Part shown: positions 29,398-32,000 of the stretch, piece after piece | How the letters are laid out: each line of letters begins with the position of its first letter | Numbering within the stretch: the first letter of the stretch is position 1 | NCBI RefSeq assembly: GCF_000021865.1 | Contig: NC_014034.1 | Span: 570,001-602,000 of the forward strand | Length of the DNA: 32,000 bases | Origin: Rhodobacter capsulatus SB 1003 | Lineage (GTDB): Bacteria > Pseudomonadota > Alphaproteobacteria > Rhodobacterales > Rhodobacteraceae | Reading direction: 5' to 3' | Program-made: the position numbers and the translations under genes | The notes under the pieces: model-generated | Seen by the model: only the letters and a program-made list of their open reading frames with translations | Database searches by the model: none | Told to the model about the DNA's origin: nothing

Positions 29398-30197
29398 AGG
29401 ATCACATGGCTCGACTTGATCAGGGCAGTCGTCTCCACGCCGGGATGCAGATCCAGCATCTCGGCGCTGTCGCGGGTGATCGTGGCGGTGATCGTCTTGC
29501 CGCCGCCCAGATCCAGCGTCACCTCGCTTGAGAGGGGGGCGTCGATCCGCTCGATCACCCGGCCGCGCAGCCGGTTGCGCACCGAAAGCCGTTCCGGCAC
29601 GCCCGCCCCCGCCAGCAGGACGAAGTTCGACTTCACCAGCGCCAGCACCTCGGATCCCGGCGCCAGCCGCATCTCGGCCGCCGAGCGCGCGGTGATCACC
29701 GCCGTCAGATCCTGCCCCTCGCCCAGCCGCATCCGCACCTGCGCCGCCACGTCATCGGCCGCCACCGACCAGACCTTGCAGGCCCAGGCATTGCGCGCCG
29801 AGGTCCGCAAGGACAGACCCCGCAGCACCTCGGCCGGATCAAGGTTCAGGCTTTTCTCGAAGCTGCTCAAAAGCTTGGCCACGCCCGCCTCGATCGCGCC
29901 ATAGGCGGCGATCAGCTTTTCGCCGGCAGGGGTCAGCACCGCGCCGCCCCCCGCCTTGCCGCCCGGCGCCGCCGTGACGACCGGCGCCGCCAGCAGGTTG
30001 TTCATCGCCTGCACCCCGTCCCAGGCCGCCTTGTAGGACAGCCCGACCTCGCGCGCCGCCGCCGATATCGAGCCCGTGCGCCCGATCGCCGCCAGCAGCG
30101 CCACCCGCTCCGCCCCCATCCGCGCGCCCGTCCGTTCCAGCACCAGCGCCCCGCGCACACCGTCCGTCATCGCCGCCTCCCGTTTCGTTGCCGCCAT
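29385..30197 (-). CDS. mopB: molybdate-dependent transcriptional regulator (ModE-like: HTH + two Mop/TOBE domains)
   Basis: ORF 29385..30197, 270 aa. The ModE-type HTH is GSISAAAREVGLSYKAAWDGVQAMNNL, followed by two Mop repeats (SARNAWACKV...ALVKSNFVLLA and VRNRLRGRVI...ALIKSSHVILA). It is divergent from mopA-modA, as described for R. capsulatus. Confidence 0.88.
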   Translation of the reverse strand: MAATKREAAMTDGVRGALVLERTGARMGAERVALLAAIGRTGSISAAAREVGLSYKAAWDGVQAMNNLLAAPVVTAAPGGKAGGGAVLTPAGEKLIAAYGAIEAGVAKLLSSFEKSLNLDPAEVLRGLSLRTSARNAWACKVWSVAADDVAAQVRMRLGEGQDLTAVITARSAAEMRLAPGSEVLALVKSNFVLLAGAGVPERLSVRNRLRGRVIERIDAPLSSEVTLDLGGGKTITATITRDSAEMLDLHPGVETTALIKSSHVILALP

Positions 30198-30411
30198 TGT
30201 GGCGCAAACCGGCCCCGGGGGCCACTGCGGCTTGCGTCTTGCCGACTCATGATCCGCGCCGAAATCGGCAAATCCGTTCGCGCGGCGCCCAATTCATGGG
30301 CAATGTTCCGAAATCAGCCCGTTTTCGCATCACTTGGCACGGGATATGAGGCCGCGGGTGATAACGCCGCCGCGCATGTCCGACAAGCCTCTGCCCTTCC
30401 GGAAAAACCAT

Positions 30412-30436
30412 CGCTATTAGTCGGGTCTATATAACG
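30412..30436. promoter_or_regulatory. Mo-box (ModE/MopA/MopB operator) CGCTATTAG-N7-TATATAACG
   Basis: An imperfect palindrome resembling the ModE operator consensus as I recall it (inverted CGTTATATA-like arms). It ends 21 nt upstream of the mopA ATG, placed to repress mopA-modA when molybdate is bound. Confidence 0.7.
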
Positions 30437-30456
30437 ATCCACCTTCGGACCCTGCC

Positions 30457-31254
30457 ATGAACGAACAGCCCCTCATCGCCGCCCTGAGCCTGCAACGCGC
30501 GGGGGCGCCGCGGGTGGGCGGCGACCGGATCCGGCTGCTGGAAGCGATCGCCCGTCACGGCACCATCGCCGGTGCCGCGCGCGAAGTGGGCCTGTCCTAC
30601 AAGACCGCCTGGGATGCGGTCGGCACGCTGAACAACCTGTTCGAACAGCCGCTGGTCGAGGCCGCGCCCGGGGGCCGCACCGGCGGCAATGCCCGCGTGA
30701 CCGAGGCGGGGCAGGCGCTGATTGCCGGGTTCGGTCTGCTGGAAGGCGCGCTGACCAAGGCGCTGGGCGTGCTCGAAGGCGGCGTCAGCGCGCCGGAAAA
30801 AGCCCTCAACACCTTGTGGAGTCTGACGATGCGCACTTCGAACCGCAACACCCTGCGCTGCACCGTCACCCGCGTCACCCTTGGCGCGGTCAATGCCGAG
30901 GTGGAACTGGCGCTGACCGATGGCCACAGCCTGACCGCGGTGATCACCGAACGCTCGGCCACCGAAATGGGCCTGGCCCCGGGGGTCGAGGTCTTCGCGC
31001 TGATCAAGGCCAGTTTCGTGATGCTGGCCGCGGGCGGCGATCCGGGCCGGATTTCCGCCTGCAACCGGCTGACCGGCATCGTCGCCGCCCGCACCGACGG
31101 CCCGGTGAACACCGAGATCATCCTGGATCTGGGCAATTGCAAATCGATCACCGCCGTCATCACCCATACCAGCGCCGATGCGCTGGGCCTCGCCCCCGGC
31201 GTGCCCGCCACCGCGCTGTTCAAGGCCAGCCATGTCATCCTGGCGATGCCCTGA
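30457..31254 (+). CDS. mopA: molybdate-dependent transcriptional regulator (ModE-like), first gene of the mod operon
   Basis: ORF 30457..31254, 265 aa. The HTH is GTIAGAAREVGLSYKTAWDAVGTLNNL, followed by two Mop repeats (SNRNTLRCTV...ALIKASFVMLA and ACNRLTGIVA...ALFKASHVILA). modA follows 34 nt later. Confidence 0.88.
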   Translation: MNEQPLIAALSLQRAGAPRVGGDRIRLLEAIARHGTIAGAAREVGLSYKTAWDAVGTLNNLFEQPLVEAAPGGRTGGNARVTEAGQALIAGFGLLEGALTKALGVLEGGVSAPEKALNTLWSLTMRTSNRNTLRCTVTRVTLGAVNAEVELALTDGHSLTAVITERSATEMGLAPGVEVFALIKASFVMLAAGGDPGRISACNRLTGIVAARTDGPVNTEIILDLGNCKSITAVITHTSADALGLAPGVPATALFKASHVILAMP

Positions 31255-31288
31255 ACCCGCTTCTCCCGTTGAACGAAAGGACACCGAC

Positions 31289-32000
31289 ATGACCCAGTTC
31301 CCGCAGACCCTGCGCGCAGGTGCGACCGCGCTTGCCCTCGTGATGGGGCTTGCCCTGCCCGCCGCCGCGGGCGAGGTGATCGCCGCCGTCGCCGCGAACT
31401 TCACCGAACCGGCCAAGGAAATCGGCGCCCTTTTCACCGAAAAGACCGGCCATACCGTCACCTATGCCTTTGGCCCCTCGGGGCAGTTCTACACCCAGAT
31501 CACCCAGGGGGCGCCGTTCGAGGTCTTTCTTTCGGCCGATGCGTCGCGCCCGAAAAAGGCGGTCGAAGAGGGATACGCCGTCCCGGGCAGCGATTTCACC
31601 TATGCGGTGGGCAAGCTGGTGCTGTGGTCGGCCGATCCGGCCCGGGTCGATGACAAGGGCGCGGTGCTGAAAACCGATCTCGAACATGTGGCGATCGCCG
31701 ATCCGAAATCCGCCCCCTATGGCGCCGCCGCGATCGAGGTGATGCAGAAGCTTGGCGTCTACGAGACGCTGGAACCGAAGCTGGTCACCGGCAAAAGCAT
31801 CAGCCAGGCTTACGAATTCGCCGCGACGGGCAATGCGCCGGTGGGTTTCGTCGCCTATTCGCAGGTGATCGGCAAGGAGGGCGGGTCCAGCTGGATGGTG
31901 CCGCAAGATCTCTACAAACCGATCAAGCAAGACGCGGTGCTGCTGAAGACCGGCGCCGAGGATGCGGCGGCGAAAGCCTATCTTGATTTCCTGAAGACGC
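31289..32000 (+). CDS. modA: molybdate ABC transporter periplasmic binding protein, N-terminal ~237 codons (runs off the right edge)
   Basis: Absent from the ORF track because it is open at the edge. ATG 31289 follows SD GAAAGGA. The signal peptide is MTQFPQTLRAGATALALVMGLALPAAAGE. It continues VIAAVAANFTEPAKEIGALFTEKTGHTVTYAFGPSGQFYTQITQGAPFEVFLSAD, typical of ModA. Confidence 0.9.
   Translation, partial: MTQFPQTLRAGATALALVMGLALPAAAGEVIAAVAANFTEPAKEIGALFTEKTGHTVTYAFGPSGQFYTQITQGAPFEVFLSADASRPKKAVEEGYAVPGSDFTYAVGKLVLWSADPARVDDKGAVLKTDLEHVAIADPKSAPYGAAAIEVMQKLGVYETLEPKLVTGKSISQAYEFAATGNAPVGFVAYSQVIGKEGGSSWMVPQDLYKPIKQDAVLLKTGAEDAAAKAYLDFLKT

Noticed and set aside
30335-30349. TGGCAC resembling the -24 element of a sigma54 promoter upstream of mopA
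   Set aside because: The -12 position reads ATGA rather than TTGC (no GC at the required spacing), so it does not fit GG-N10-GC.

Overview
High-GC (about two-thirds G+C) alphaproteobacterial chromosomal window. The gene order is most consistent with Rhodobacter capsulatus. That assignment comes from remembered literature, not from a search. It rests on divergent mopB <> mopA-modA with a Mo-box, and on a GH108 endolysin + 3-TM holin pair wedged between ccmE and metG. I support 31 protein-coding genes, mostly housekeeping: carB (partial), aspS, mce, deoC, grxD, bolA, purL, murI, argC, ccmE, metG and modA (partial). Among them sit accessory or regulatory genes: a DUF1800/DUF1501 pair, an orphan response regulator, a LysR regulator, a PAS-GGDEF-EAL protein, a PmtA-like methyltransferase and MopA/MopB. 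I found no rRNA, tRNA, CRISPR array, IS element or integrase. Many of the longest ORFs in the track are antisense or out-of-frame shadows of real genes, as expected at this GC content, and were rejected. The items most worth a second look are listed here. (1) A deoC-coupled 779-aa double aldehyde-dehydrogenase-like protein in which the nucleophile Cys and the oxyanion Asn are both replaced. (2) A candidate ~80-nt sRNA between the LysR gene and purL, with its own sigma70-like promoter, a CCUCCC single-stranded stretch and an intrinsic terminator. (3) The endolysin/holin cassette, which probably matches the already described RcGTA lysis genes. (4) A near-consensus CtrA-type box upstream of an orphan receiver protein that has an unassigned C-terminal domain. 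(5) A palindromic intergenic repeat family present in two copies. I see no clear defence island or mobile element. The novel candidates are modest and rest on inference.
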